Below are positions 49,389 to 62,238 of a stretch of 64,000 nucleotides of DNA, one piece after another; the first letter of the stretch is position 1; each line of letters begins with the position of its first letter. A program made the position numbers and the translations under genes. The stretch comes from Squalus acanthias (lineage: Eukaryota): NCBI GenBank assembly GCA_030390025.1, contig CM059432.1, forward strand, positions 151,654,001-151,718,000, written 5' to 3'. Under the pieces are notes generated by a model. The model worked only from the letters and a program-made list of their open reading frames with translations, was not told the DNA's origin and did no database searches.

Positions 49389-51631
49389 ATAGATACATAG
49401 ATACATAGAACAGTACAGCACAGTACAGGCCCTTCGGCCCTCGATGTTGTGCCGAGCATTGTCCGAGACCAAGATCAAGCTATCACACTCCCTATCACTC
49501 TGGTGTGCTCCATGTGCTTATCCAATAACCGCTTGAAAGTTCCTAAAGTGTCCGACTCCACTATCACAGCAGGCAGTCCATTCCACACTCCAACCACTCT
49601 CTGAGTAAAGAATCTACCTCGGACATCCCTTCTATATCTCCCCCCATGCACCTTATAGTTATGCCCCCTTGTAACAGCTGCCTCTACCCGAGGAAATAGT
49701 CTCTGAACATCCACTCTATCTATCCCCCTCATCATCTTATAAACCTCTATTAAGTCGCCTCTCATCCTCCTCCGCTCTAAAGAGAAAAGCCCCAACTCCC
49801 TCAATCTTTCCTCATAAGACCTCCCCCCCAAACCAGGCAGCATCCTGGTAAATCTCCTTTGCACTCTTTCCAATGCTTCCACGTCCTTCCTATAGTGAGG
49901 TGACCAGAACTGCACACAATATTCCAAATGTGGTCTCACCAAGGTCCTGTACAGTTGCAGCATAACCTCACGGTTCTTAAACTCAAACCCTCTGTTAATA
50001 AACGCCAACACACCATAGGCCTTCTTTACTGCTCTATCCACTTGAGTGGCAACCTTCAGAGATCTGTGGATATGAACCCCCAGATCCCTCTGCTCCTCCA
50101 CGTTCCTCAGAACCCTGCCGTTGACCCTGTAATCCTTATTCAAATTTGCCCTACCAAAATGAATCACCTCGCACTTATCAGGGTTAAATTCCATCTGCCA
50201 TTTTTCGGCCCAGCTCTGCATCCTATCAATGTCTCTTTGCAGCCTACAACTGCCCTCCACCTCATCCACTACTCCACCAATCTTGGTGTCATCAGCAAAT
50301 TTACTGATCCACCCTTCAGTCCCCTCCTCCAAGTCATTGATAAAAATCACAAACAGCAGAGGACCCAGCACCGACCCCTGTGGCACACCGCTGGTAACTG
50401 GTCTCCAGTCCGAAAATGTTCCATCCACCACCACCCTCTGCCTTCTATGAGATAGCCAGTTACTTATCCAATCGGCCAAATTTCCCTCTATCCCACAACT
50501 CCTTACTTTCTTCATGAGCCGACCATGGGGAACCTTATCAAACGCCTTACTAAAATCCATGTATACGACATCAACTGCTCTACCTTCATCTACACACTTA
50601 GTTACCTCCTCAAAGAATTCAATCAAATTTGTTAGGCAAGACTTACCCTTCACGAATCCGTGTTGACTATCCCTGATTAAGTTGCCCCTTTCCAAATGGT
50701 CATAAATCCTATCCCTCAGGACCTTTTCCATTATCTTACCAACCACCGAAGTAAGACTAACCGGCCTATAATTACCAGGGTCATTCCTATTTCCTTTCTT
50801 GAAGAGAGGAACAACATTCGCCACTCTCCAGTCCTCTGGCACCATCCCCGTGGACAGTGAGGACCCAAAGATCAAAGCCAGAGGCTCTGCAATCTCCTCC
50901 CTTGCCTCCCAAAGAATCCTAGGATATATCCCATCTGGCCCAGGGGACTTATCGACCCTCAGGTTCTTCAAAATTGCTAAAACATCTTCCCTCAGAACAT
51001 CTACCACCTCCAGCCTATCCACCTTTATCACACTCTCATCCTCAAGAACATGGCCCCTCTCCTCGGTGAACACTGACGAAAAGTATTCATTCATCACCTC
51101 TCCTATCTCTTCTGACTCCATGCACAAGTTCCCACTACTGTCCTTGACTGGCCCTACCCTCACCCTGGTCATTCTTTTATTTCTCACATAAGAGTAAAAG
51201 GCCTTGAGGTTTTTCTTGATCCGACCCGCCAAGGACTTCTCATGCCCCCTCCTAGCTCTCCTAAGCTCTTTTTTTAGCTCATTCCTTGCTACCTTGTACC
51301 CCTCAATCGACCCAACTGAACCTTGTTTTCTCATCCTTACATACGCTTCCTTTTTCCTCTTGACTAGACATTCAACCTCTTTTGTGAACCATGGTTCTCT
51401 CACTCGGCCATTTCCTCCCTGCCTGACAGGGACATACCTATCAAGGACACGCAGTAATTGCTCCATGAAAAAGCTCCACTTTTCGTTTGTGCCTTTCCCT
51501 GATAGTTTCTGTTCCCATCTTATACTCCCTAATTCTTGCCTAATCGCATCATAATTACCCCTCCCCCAATTATAAACCCTGCCCTGCCGTATGGCCCTAT
51601 CCCTCTCCATTGCAATAGTGAAAGTTACCGA
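49389..51631 (-). mobile_element. Very young CR1 (distinct subfamily) with over 700 uninterrupted ORF2 codons, nested antisense in the host CR1
   Basis: ORF 49475-51682 has no stops; tail ggcctgtactgtgctgtactgttctatgt; atatt duplicated at 49384-49388 and 51632-51636. Confidence 0.95.
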
Positions 51632-53279
51632 ATATTCTCTAGAGTTTAGAAGAATGAGAGGTGATCTCATTGAAACATACAAAATTCTTACAGGGCTTGA
51701 CAGGGTAGATGCCGGGAGGATATTTCCCCTGGCTGGGGAGTCTAGAACCAGGGGTCACAGTCTCAGAATAAGGGGTCTGCCATTTAGGACCGAGATGAGG
51801 AGAAATTTCCTCACTCAGAGGGTGGTGAATCTTTGGAATTGTCTACCCCAGAGGGCTGTGGAGGCTCAGTCGTTGAGTATATTCAAGACAGAGAGCGATA
51901 GATTGTTAAATATTAAGGGAATCAAGGGATATGTGGGTAGTTCAGGAAAGTGGAGATGAGGTAGAAGATCAGCCATGATCTTATTGAATGTTCGTTATTG
52001 CAGGCTCGAAGGGCCAAATGGCCCACTCCTATTCCTTATGTATGATTTTACTCTAATTCACCCTCCTTCTCAGTTTCTTTCTCGATCCTTAAATTCTGTT
52101 TCTTTTGCAAACGGTAAATCTCATTGGTTAAAGAGAAACACTGTTGGTCTCATCATTCACTGAGGTCTCAGATGCCTCGCTGCCCTTGCACTTCCAGCAA
52201 GTTATTGATGCAAATTATATTCGAGCTGAAGGTTGCAGGAAAAAGTGCAAGGTGCGCCACTCCAGCAAGATTTGGCCCATTGTTACCTGCTCATGCTGTT
52301 TATTTGCTTGGCTGCTGCTATGTCTCATCATAGCTTTTGCTCTAAGAACCCAGTACCCTTATGCTGAGCATCACCCGAGTGTCCAGTTCTGCTGTGGTAA
52401 CTGTCTTTATGATTTACGACTGGGACCAGAATCACAGCGTTGTTGCACTCATATATCCAGGGTCACAGAAAGTCACCAGGACTCATGAAGTCAGCACAGG
52501 CGGGGGTGGAGGCAACGGGCCCTTGGAGAGGGAGAGAAATGGCTGCTGCAATTACCATATCAGGCACAACTCCACTTCACTCCCACTCTTGATTTTCAAG
52601 TTCGGCCCTGCTCCTCTTTGAGCATTTTGTTTCATATACAGTTCAACTCTGCTCCTTTCACACTCAAAACACCACAGAAACTGTAGATCATTTCTACTAG
52701 CAAATGCCAATTCCACTTAGTTCTGACAGTTATTCACCAATTTTCCATTATTTTTGCAGTAGAATCTGTTAAACTGGCATCCATTCAAATTACTATAATT
52801 ATTTGTAAAATAAAATTGCCTGCTATTCTATTTTTAGGAAATTGTGTATTATAATAACATGATTAAATGTACATTTATATTCAGTGTTGGAGCTCTAATA
52901 GAATATATGGAAGAATTTCCCTCCCTCCTAACACACCCTACTCCCCACCCCAGATCACCTCACCTCCCTGCTTCCCCCTCCTCTCTGGTTGGGCTTACTG
53001 TACTGGTATCACTCGTTATAACAGTGCGGACATTTGCTTGGGGCTCCACCCTAGTCTGGGGTCTTCCAGCAGTCTTAGATTCTCTCACCCCTTCTCCAAG
53101 CCCTCTAACTTCTCTTTAACCATTTACTGGGCTCTACCCTCCCCCTCTCCCTGGCCACTAATCATGCTCCCCTTTCCCCATGTCCCCCTGGTTTTTAACT
53201 CTGCTCTACATCCATCATCGTAGTCCTCCAACATCCCTGATTGAATTATCTTCTGCCCTCTAATCGTGCTTGACCTGAA

Positions 53280-54445
53280 GACTGCATTTGGCTTTGATGA
53301 AGTAATTAAAATAACGTCTGATAATGCTAATTGCGGTCTCCAAATGTTTACAATTTTACAGTTCTGGTTTGAATTGCTAATTTTGCAGAAGATATTGCCA
53401 CCTTTTGCAAGGTCTTTTCCTCCTAAGGCTTTGACACGCTGAGGATTGTTGATTGTAGAGTTTTATGTAGGCCTGATTTGCTCAAGGGATGCCTGGAATA
53501 AACAGAAAATTCTGGCTGTGTTAATAAAGCTACAGAGGCCTTTCTTGTTTGCTTTGTGCTGATTTGCATTCATTTAGCTTCTTTGGTTCCTCTGTTCTTG
53601 CTCAGCTGTCATAATTGATAAAGCCTGGAAGTTGAAATGCTTTGTAATTTTCCATGACAAAAGGCACATTGCACATTCATTGCACCTGCGTATCCTGTCG
53701 GCTTGTGTCGCTGTCTCCAATAGGACCATTCTACGTAAAATGTTATGTAGCTTCCCGTACACTGAAGCCTTTGATGCTTTTGTTTTCATGTGCTGCTTAT
53801 TCAGATGTAAAATAAATATTTTCTCTTTTTTTCTATAAAGCATTGCCTGATTCAGAAGTTTGAATTAACACATTTGTATGCAAATCTGCTTATAATGTAA
53901 TTTCAGCTTATAATACAAAATATTTAATATTATGCAGATAAGCTTTAATCCCTTGGCCCACGTGACTGCTGTCTGATTACGTTCAGCATCTGCAGGGAAT
54001 ACAGATATTCTGATTACTGAACATGTGTCTTGTGTTGTGATTCTCTTAAGAGTCTTTATACTGGAAGCTTGTGACCAGTGAGCAGAATTTTGATGTACAA
54101 TAGGCGGTGTTCTGTGTGCTTGTGTGAAGCTGTTTTTCAGAAACGTAGTATATCTTTATGTCCGTGCCAAGTGGGTCATCTGGAGCCTACGTGATTTCAG
54201 GTATTTGTTTTACAAATGACAGGAGGCTTTTGCATAAAACCCTGTAAGCAGGGTGACTTTTATTCTGAACTCGTCCAACAGCTGTTGGCTATTGCAGTGT
54301 GAAACTGCAGATCTGACTAGGTCACATAGTGTTTTGCTTATCTGTGTGGTGCACTGGAGATAGTGGCACAGGCACCTACAGTTACTCAGCTGCTTCAGGA
54401 TCAGATTTGGCATTTCATTCTGCAAGTGGGAGCTTTTGCAGAAAC
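53280..54445 (+). promoter_or_regulatory. CLASP2: Putative internal promoter and 5' UTR of the short CLASP2 isoform
   Basis: Transposon-free island directly upstream of the MAMDD start exon; E-box CACGTG at 53959-53964; the transcription start cannot be placed from sequence. Confidence 0.55.
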
Positions 54446-54461
54446 ATGGCCATGGATGATG
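54446..54461 (+). CDS. CLASP2: Alternative first coding exon of short CLASP2 (gamma-type): MAMDD(D)
   Basis: aaacATGGCCATGGATGATG|gtgagt: good Kozak context, strong donor, phase 1 like the upstream exon; matches the recalled human CLASP2 short-isoform start MAMGD-DKSFDDEE. Confidence 0.88.
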
Positions 54462-54610
54462 GTGAGTGGCAACAAGAAATATAGCCAGAGCATGTAGAGT
54501 CGCAATATTCATAGATAAATGTAGGACAAAGCTTATGCTATCACAGTTTTCATTTTTGTAGATTTATTAGATATGATGAGAGGAGGGAGGTCAAGTTTCT
54601 TGTGGTTTAT

Positions 54611-54719
54611 TTCATGGAATTTTTATTGATTGGATTATTTCAGATTTGTTCTTGGAACACAACAATCAGAGAGCCTGCTTTGAATATACGTGCAGTACTT
54701 CTAATTATTTATTGGTAAT
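54611..54719 (+). repeat. Copy 1 of an unclassified dispersed repeat of about 105 bp
   Basis: Aligns with 58901-59001; 27-nt identical core at 54690-54716. Confidence 0.85.
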
Positions 54720-56519
54720 ATAAACATTGAAATCTTCTGATTTGCATTAGGTGTTAAATGTTCTTTTTGTTTCTTCATCTGAAGTATTCATGACAGCAGA
54801 AATTATAGCTTTTTCTTGATAAAATTAAAAACCAAATGAATTTGAATTGCAGCAAGAGGTAACATGGCTATATTTATTGAAATTTATAGAATATAATCAA
54901 AAGTATCAAAATTGTTTGTGGAACCTATGTTTTGTATGCAAATGAAATGCCTAATGAATGGAGCATTTGCGGAATTGTGGTTTTGATTGTGCAGTGAATT
55001 GATATTTTGGTCAAATGGGCTTATTTACCTGCTGAGGACTGCATGTTATCTGAGGAACTGGTTCAGCTGCAGAAATGGTCTGTATGGTCAAAATGTTGAA
55101 TATCTTGGATGATGAGAAATAGTATAAACAGAGAGCAATTATTGAAATGCATTTACAAGAAAAGTGAAAAAAAATTGAGGATTGGTATCAAATTCCAGTA
55201 GCCAAAAGGTTAATAATTGAAATATTACTCAAAACATTGATTTCTTTTTTTAAGAAGCACAGCATTTTTTGGTACTAATTGTCATTTAATTCTATTCTCT
55301 CTTTGAACAACACACAATGCTCCTTGTCGTAACTGATTTGGGCCAAAAACAGCTGAAAGGCACCTGCCTAGATTTGTGTTGCAGCTTCCTATGTGCTCCC
55401 AGAATTGGGTTTGTAGGATTTGCAGTTCTAAATTATGGCTATGTGTCCCTTGAGGGGGCAACATTCTTTGTGGAAAATCATTATTCATTAATGCCAGGGG
55501 AAAATAAGTGCACAGCACATAGGGTGAGATGATATGTGCAGGAGCTTGATGAAATGATGCCAGGAATGATTTGCAGCATTGGTGCAATTTAAGTGCGTAT
55601 TACGATATGACCATAAAACCAGATGGAAGCTTGTCTGAGCTGAAGAACAGTTTGCTGGAAGTCTTTTGAATATTGATGTCTTAATGTCAGGGTGTTGAAA
55701 AAAGTTGTTATGTATGCATGGTAGAACCTTTTATTACAGCCATTTTTCCAGCTCAATCTATTTGGTTAAGTGAGCTTAAAGAAATTGAAGGCACAAACTG
55801 AAGTAGTGTAAGAAAAAGTCAAAACAAGCGAGGAGATAGCTGTAAACACCGGTACAATTGGATAAGAAAAGAGTGTCATTGAATTGCTGAAAAACATGAG
55901 AGCAAGGATTAAAGGATTAAATCCACGGTTAAGGCTGAAATAAGAGCATGATATTGTGGCTGTTCATACTTTGGTGAGATGCTTGTATATTAAATTGAGG
56001 TGTTTGCATCTATATGTTGTTCGATGGCATCTTTGCAAAATAAAATAAGATACATGGAAAGAAGTGAATTTTTGGAGGTCTGCAATTATATACTGAAAAT
56101 GCTTCACTATAAATTTGTTTATGGGTTCATTTATATATTTTACTATTTAGAAGATGATTTTGCAGATGAAAATCAGTGAGCAGCAGAAGCACATAATGTT
56201 CCAGAATCAATTTGATCTGAGTCCTTCACAACGAATTATGTGTTGGAAGTTGATGTATTCCAGATTTCTGCTACTCGTACAATGACCATAATTTTTTGTT
56301 TATGGCCTTTATGAATTAACAGTGTTAAGTGGCATTTTGGAGAGGTAATAACATTTAATTGTATAAAATTTTATGGGTGAGATATCCTATATGTAGTAAC
56401 ATTTCAGTGTATTAATGTATTGGTGTAATTAATTGTTCGGGGTTGCCAAAACAAGAAAGCTATGATTCGCTGTTTTCTGTGTAGTACATTTCTACCAATC
56501 ATCCAACCGTAGATAGATC

Positions 56520-56922
56520 ATAAGGTCAGAAGTGGGGCTCTTCGCTGATGATTGCACAGTGTTCAGCTCCAGTCGCAATTCCTCAGATAATGAAGCAGTC
56601 CATGTCTGGATACAGCAAGACTTGGACTACATCCAGGCTTGGGTTGATAAGTGGCAGTAACATTCGGGCCACACAAGTGCCAGGCAGTGACCATCTCAAA
56701 CAAGAGAGAGTCCAACCACCTCCCCATGACATTCAATGGCATCACCATCACCGAATCCTCCACATTCAACATCCTGAGGGTTGCCATTGACCAGAAACTC
56801 AACTGGACCAGCCCCATAAATGGCTACAAGAGCAGGTTAAAGGCTGGGTATTCTGCAGCGAGTGGCTCACCTCCTAATTCCCCAAAGCTTCGCCACCATC
56901 TGCAAGGCACAAGTCAGGAGTG
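56520..56922 (+). mobile_element. CR1-clade LINE fragment (second family)
   Basis: FADD remnant, VTFGPHKCQAVTISNKR; inverted relative to about 57425-57830. Confidence 0.85.
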
Positions 56923-58682
56923 TTTTTTTAAAAATTCGTTAATGGGATGTGGACGTCGCTGGCAAGGCCAGCATTTATTGCCCTTGAGAAGGTGGTGGTG
57001 AGCTGCCTTCTTCAACTGCTGCAGTCCATGTGGTGAAGGTACTCCCATAGTGCTGTTAGGGAGGGAGTTCCAGGATTTTGACCCAGCGACTGTGAAGGAA
57101 CTGCGATATATTTCCAAGTCAGGATGGTGTGTAACTTGGAGGGGAACTTGCAGCTGATGGTGTTCCCATGTGCCTGCTGCCCTTGTCCTTCTAGGTGGTA
57201 GAGGTCGAGGGTTTGGGAGGTGCTACTGAAGAAGCCTTGGCGAGTTGCTGCAGTGCATCTTGTAGATGGTACACACTGCAGCCACGGTGTGCTGGTGGTG
57301 GAGGGAGTGAATATTTAAGGTGGTGGATGGGGTGGCAATCAAGCAGGCTGCTTTGTCCTGGATGGTGTTGAGCTTGAGTGTTGTTGGAGCCGCACTCATC
57401 CAGGCAAGTGGAGAGTATTCCATCACACTCCTTACTTGTGCCTTGTAGATGGTGGAAAGGCTTTGGGGAGTCAGGAGGTGAGACACTCGCCACAGAATAT
57501 CCAGCCTCTGACCTGCTCTTGTTGCCACAGTATCTTATGTGGCTGGTCCAATTAAGTTTCTGGTCAATGATGACCCCCAGGATGTTGATGGTGGGGGATT
57601 CAGTGATGGTAATGCCGTTGAGTGTCAAGGGGCAGTGGTTAGACTCTTGCTTGTTGGAGATAGTCCTTGCCTGACACTTGTGTGGCGCGAATGTTACTTG
57701 CCACTTATCAGCCCAAGCCTGAATGTCGTCCAGGTCTTGCTGCATGAGGGCATGGACTGCTTCATTATCTGAGGAGTTGTGAATGGCACTGAACACTGCA
57801 GTCATCAGTGAACATCCCCATTTCTGACCTTATGTTGGAGGGAAGATCATTGATGAAGCAGCTGAAGATGGTTGGGCCTAGGACACTGCCCTGAGGAACT
57901 CCTGCAGCGATGTTCTGGGGCTGTGATGATTGACCTCCAACCACCACAACCATCTTCCTTTGTGCTAGGTATGACTCCAATCATTGGTGAGTTTTTACCC
58001 CAATTCCCACTGACTTCAGTTTTACCAGGGCTCCTTGATGCCACACTCGGTCAAATGCTGCCTTGATGTCAAGAGCAGTCACTCTCACCTCACCTCTGGA
58101 ATTCAGCGCCTTTATCCATGTTTGGACCAAGGCTGTAATGAGGTCTGGAGCCGAGTGGTGCTGGCGGAACCCAAACTGGTCATCAGTGAGCAGGTTATTG
58201 TTGAGTAAGTGCCGCTTGATAGCACTGTCGATGACGCCTTCCATCACTTTGCTGATGATTGAGAGTAGACTGATGGGGCGTTAATTGGCCAGATTGGATT
58301 TGTCCTGCTTTTTGTGGACAGGACATACCTGGGCAGTTTTCCACATTGTCGGATAGATGCCAGTGTTGTAACTGTACTGGAACAGCTTGGCTAGAGGCGC
58401 AGCTAGTTCTGGAGCACAAGTCTTCAGCATGACAGCCGGGATGTTGTCGGGGCCCATAGCCTTTGCTGTATCCAGTGCGCTCAGCCGTTTCTTGATATCA
58501 TGTGGAGTGAATCGAATTGGCTGAACACTGGCTTCTGTGATGGTGGGGACCTCCGAGGAGACCGATATGGATCATCCACTCGACACTTCTGGCTGAAGAT
58601 GGTTGCAAACGCTTTAGCCTTGTCTTTTGCACTCACGTGCTGGGCTCCACCATCATTGAGGATGGGGATATTCTTGGAGCCT
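56923..58682 (-). mobile_element. CR1-clade LINE (second family), RT and 3' tail
   Basis: [33 protein letters not shown]-rich tail at 56923. Confidence 0.93.
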
Positions 58683-58900
58683 CAACCCTGCTATTTGTTT
58701 AAAATGATTTTGGGATCTTTTTCAGCTCATCACCACTTCATCCTAAGACTCATTACCTTTTGGAGTTGTTACTGATTATGTACTCGCTGTTTCAGATTGA
58801 AGTTTTTCTTTTTTATAATGAGCCTTTTGTGTTTTGTGCAGAAATTGTGGCTGGACAAATGAGGTGCTGGTTGTGTTTATGCAAGAAACTGATGGGACCA

Positions 58901-59001
58901 TTCATGGATTGATTGCATAATTTCATATTTGTTCTAGGAATACAACAATCACGAGCCTGCTTAGAATGTATGTGCAGTACTTCTAATTATTTATTGGTCA
59001 T
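58901..59001 (+). repeat. Copy 2 of the unclassified dispersed repeat
   Basis: Core gtgcagtacttctaattatttattggt at 58972-58998. Confidence 0.85.
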
Positions 59002-60123
59002 GCAAGCTTTCCCTGTATGTTGCTCCCTGACTTCTCTTCTGACTGAAGTGCTAAAAAATTTTAATTATACTTTCCCAGGTTAATTCAATCCAGGGCATTA
59101 TTAATGAAGAACATTTTTTCTTAAGTGCATCTCCTTTAGTCACCTGGCGTTGTAAGCATCCTCATGACCATCAATTCATTTATCACCTCTCAAAGTATTT
59201 TGTAAGCCTATTTTCAAACAAGACTGAAATTAACTTCTAACCCCTTCTCAATTCCCCCATAAACACGCTATCTCTTGGAAGGGTGGGAGTATGCAGTTCT
59301 GATGTGTCTTTTTGTTTATATTGAGCAATTTTTGATCTGAGTTCAGTAGATTGAGACATTAAACAATTCATATGCTGAATAAATGCTGAGGCTGCAGACT
59401 GAGATTATTGTGACTGCAGGAATTGTTCAATGCTCAGCAGCCTCCAGACTCTCGCTATTATGCTACATGATTTTTGTCCCTGTTTCTTCGCTCCTGTATT
59501 CAAGCTACAATGTGTATCCCACGTGTGTTTGTAACCCTCTCGCACATGTGCAAGTCTGGGCATTGATCATGTTTGGATGGGGTGGGTGCATAGCAGCTGA
59601 ACCTGATTGTCCTTGCCAGGTGCTCATATACACCATCTGAGAAGCACAATTGGCATCAGGAACCCAGGCTGATTTTTCTTTCCTTTCATTTCTTATTCAA
59701 AGGAACAATGGGCAGAAATTCAACCTCATTTTGCTCATTTTTGAGCATAACATAAGGGGAAAACTGGCTGCCATATTAGATCGGGCGATAGGTGCTGATT
59801 TGTTTAACTAAATCCTTGTCCTATGCCAGTTGTAGGACCTCGATTGCAAAATTGGAGTACAAATGGGTTGAGCTTCTGGAAGTCCATATAGGTAACATCC
59901 ATAGACACTCCCCTACCCACCATAGGCTCCACCCATTTGTACTGGGTCTTAAGCAGGCTTACCAGCGGTCCTTAAGGGTTGGGAAAACAGCCCCAGAATT
60001 ATTATTTTTTGGGTGTAATTGGAAGGAGCAGGATTGCTTCTCCTGGCTCCACAAAAGAACTGCAGGCCAGGGCTTGTTGCCCTCGGCATTGCCTCACCCC
60101 TCCCCACTGGACTTACCTGAGGG

Positions 60124-62238
60124 AATATAGGAATAAGAGGAGGCCATTCGGCCCCTTGAGCCTGTTCCGACATTCAAACAGATCATGGCTGATCTGTACC
60201 TCAGCTCGATTTGCCCGCCTTTGTTCCATATCCCTTGATATCCTTGCCGAATAAAAATTATTGAGCTCAGTCTTAAATTTCAATTCACCCAGCATTCATG
60301 GCCTTTTGGGGGAGAGATTTACAGATTTAAACTACCCTTTGTGTGGAAAAACTGTTGCTCGGTTTCACTCCTGAATGGCTTAGCTCTAATTTTATGATGT
60401 GCCCCCTTGTTCTGGATTCCTCCACCAGATGAAATGGTTTCTCTGTAGCTACCCTATCGATTCTCTTTATCATTTTAAACACCTTGATTAGATCACCCTT
60501 CAAAAACTCAAGGAAATACAATGCTAGTTTGTGCGACCTGTCCTTATAATTTAACCTTGTAAGGCCTGATATAATTCTGGTGAATCGTCACTGTACCCAT
60601 TCCAAGGCCAATTCGTGAGGTGCGGTGCCCAAAACTGAATGCAGTTCTCCAGATGGATCATGGCCAAGGTTGCATACAACTGAGGCCTCACTTTTGTATT
60701 CCAGCCCCCTTGAGATAAAGGCCAACATTCTATTAGCTTTTTTAATTACTTTTTGCACCTGTGCCCTAGCTTTTAGTGGTTTATGTACCTGGCCACCCAA
60801 ATTCCTTTGTTCCTCCACAGTTCCTAGGGGGAGAAATTCAGTATCGCCCCATTTGGGGCGCAATTATCGGCCGGGCGCAAAGATTAGTGCCTGGCGCTAA
60901 TTATCGGCACCGACTGCAAACTTGACTTTTATCGCCCCTGGAGGTGATTGAAGCGCTAAATCAGGCGCTCCACACCTGTCTTAAGGCGCAAAGGCCGAGG
61001 AGCGAGGCGCTACCTCAGAGCGCTGGCGAAGCACATGTGATGTCAGTCAGCAATGGAACACACACACAATGGCGCGGGCCAGTTCTTAAAGGAGAGGGTT
61101 GATCTTGCTTTCCATCCACATCCTGCTCATTGCAGCCTTGAATCTCGGCCTGGAGAGACCTGCACATCAAATCTGCTGGAAAGAACAATGGAGAGTACCA
61201 GGGAAAGAGCTCAGAGTGCAGCCCCCAGAGTCTCTTCTAAATCGATACAAGGAAGGGCAAATCAAAATGAACCTGCAAAGTGCTGCTCAGTACCCAAAAC
61301 TCCTTCACACAGCGTTGAATCTCTCCAGAAGTCTCTCTCTCTCTCTCTCTCAGAAAGCGTGGTTCAAAAATGTGACCAACAATAAAAGGCAGGAAGCGGT
61401 CGCCTTTAAATAGCGCTCCCCCAGTCCCTTCCTGACTGCAAAACGCTCCCCTCAACCTGTCGTTGCTAGCGGCAGGCGGTAAGGCAGGGGGCGCCACTCA
61501 ATATTCACTCCGGGGCGATACCGGGGCGTTGCGCACTCGACTGATGTCACAATCTGTTGGCGCAGGAGATCGTGGCGGTAGTGTTTAGCGCTGCCGCAAA
61601 ATGTCTAGTTAATTTCGCGAGCGGCGCAAACATCGCCGCGCCCGGGCGCTAGTTGCTTTGCGCCCCATTAGCGCCCTCTTAAGGCGCTAACGGGAGGCGC
61701 AACCAACTGAATTTTTCCCCCCTCGTCTCTCTCCATTAAGAAAATATTCCCATTTGCCATTTTTGGATCTAAAGTGGATGACCTCACACTTCCCCACGTT
61801 GAACTCCATCTGCCACAGTTTTGATCACTCACTTAATCTGTTTATGTCTCTTTGTAATTTCCTGCTCCCATCTATACAATTTACTGCACCTCCTAACTTG
61901 GTGTTCTCTGCAAATTTGGATGTATAATTCTTTATTCCTCCATCCAAGTCATTGATAATATGATGAAAATCTGAGGCCCCAGTACAAGTCCCTGGGAACA
62001 CCACTTGTCATATCCCACCAATCAAATTACATTCCCTTTATCCCTAATCTCTGTTTCCTATCCATTTACCAGTTACCAATCCATGTCACAAGGTTACTTC
62101 CAATTCCTTCTGCTTTTATTTTTGCTGCTAATCTCTTGTGTGGAATCTTCTCATGGCTTCTGGAAGTCCCTATCCACCATGTTAGTGACAGCCTCAAAAA
62201 ATTTAACTAGTCAGACGTGACCTACCCATCACAAATCC
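60124..62238 (-). mobile_element. Decayed CR1 LINE split by a MITE
   Basis: Tail at 60124; ORF2 pieces 60327-60826 resume at 61722. Confidence 0.88.
60827..61721. mobile_element. Non-autonomous DNA transposon, probably a PIF/Harbinger-type MITE
   Basis: TIRs gggggagaaattcagt / actgaatttttccccc (15 of 16 match); 3-bp flanks cta/ctc; CpG-rich ggcgc subterminal motifs; clean insertion into CR1. Confidence 0.85.

Larger units (their letters stand above)
44290..52025 (+). mobile_element. Host CR1 LINE (ORF1 end, APE, RT, tail) in three pieces: 44290-46080, 48211-49388, 51632-52025
   Basis: The pieces are collinear in ORF2 (…KEISINKK / KADKSPGPDG… / …YSLEFRRMRGD…). Confidence 0.9.

Noticed and set aside
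49475..51682. 735-aa ORF as a host gene or complete protein
   Set aside because: It is 5'-truncated CR1 ORF2; the first ~17 codons come from the antisense strand of the host CR1
54572..54740. C/D box snoRNA (atgatga...ctga)
   Set aside because: Long spacing, no terminal stem and no recognisable guide sequence
56150..56200. Candidate next CLASP2 exon (ttttgcag|atgaaaatc...)
   Set aside because: Reads DENQ then stop; the expected DK.FDDEESVDG exon was not found in the window
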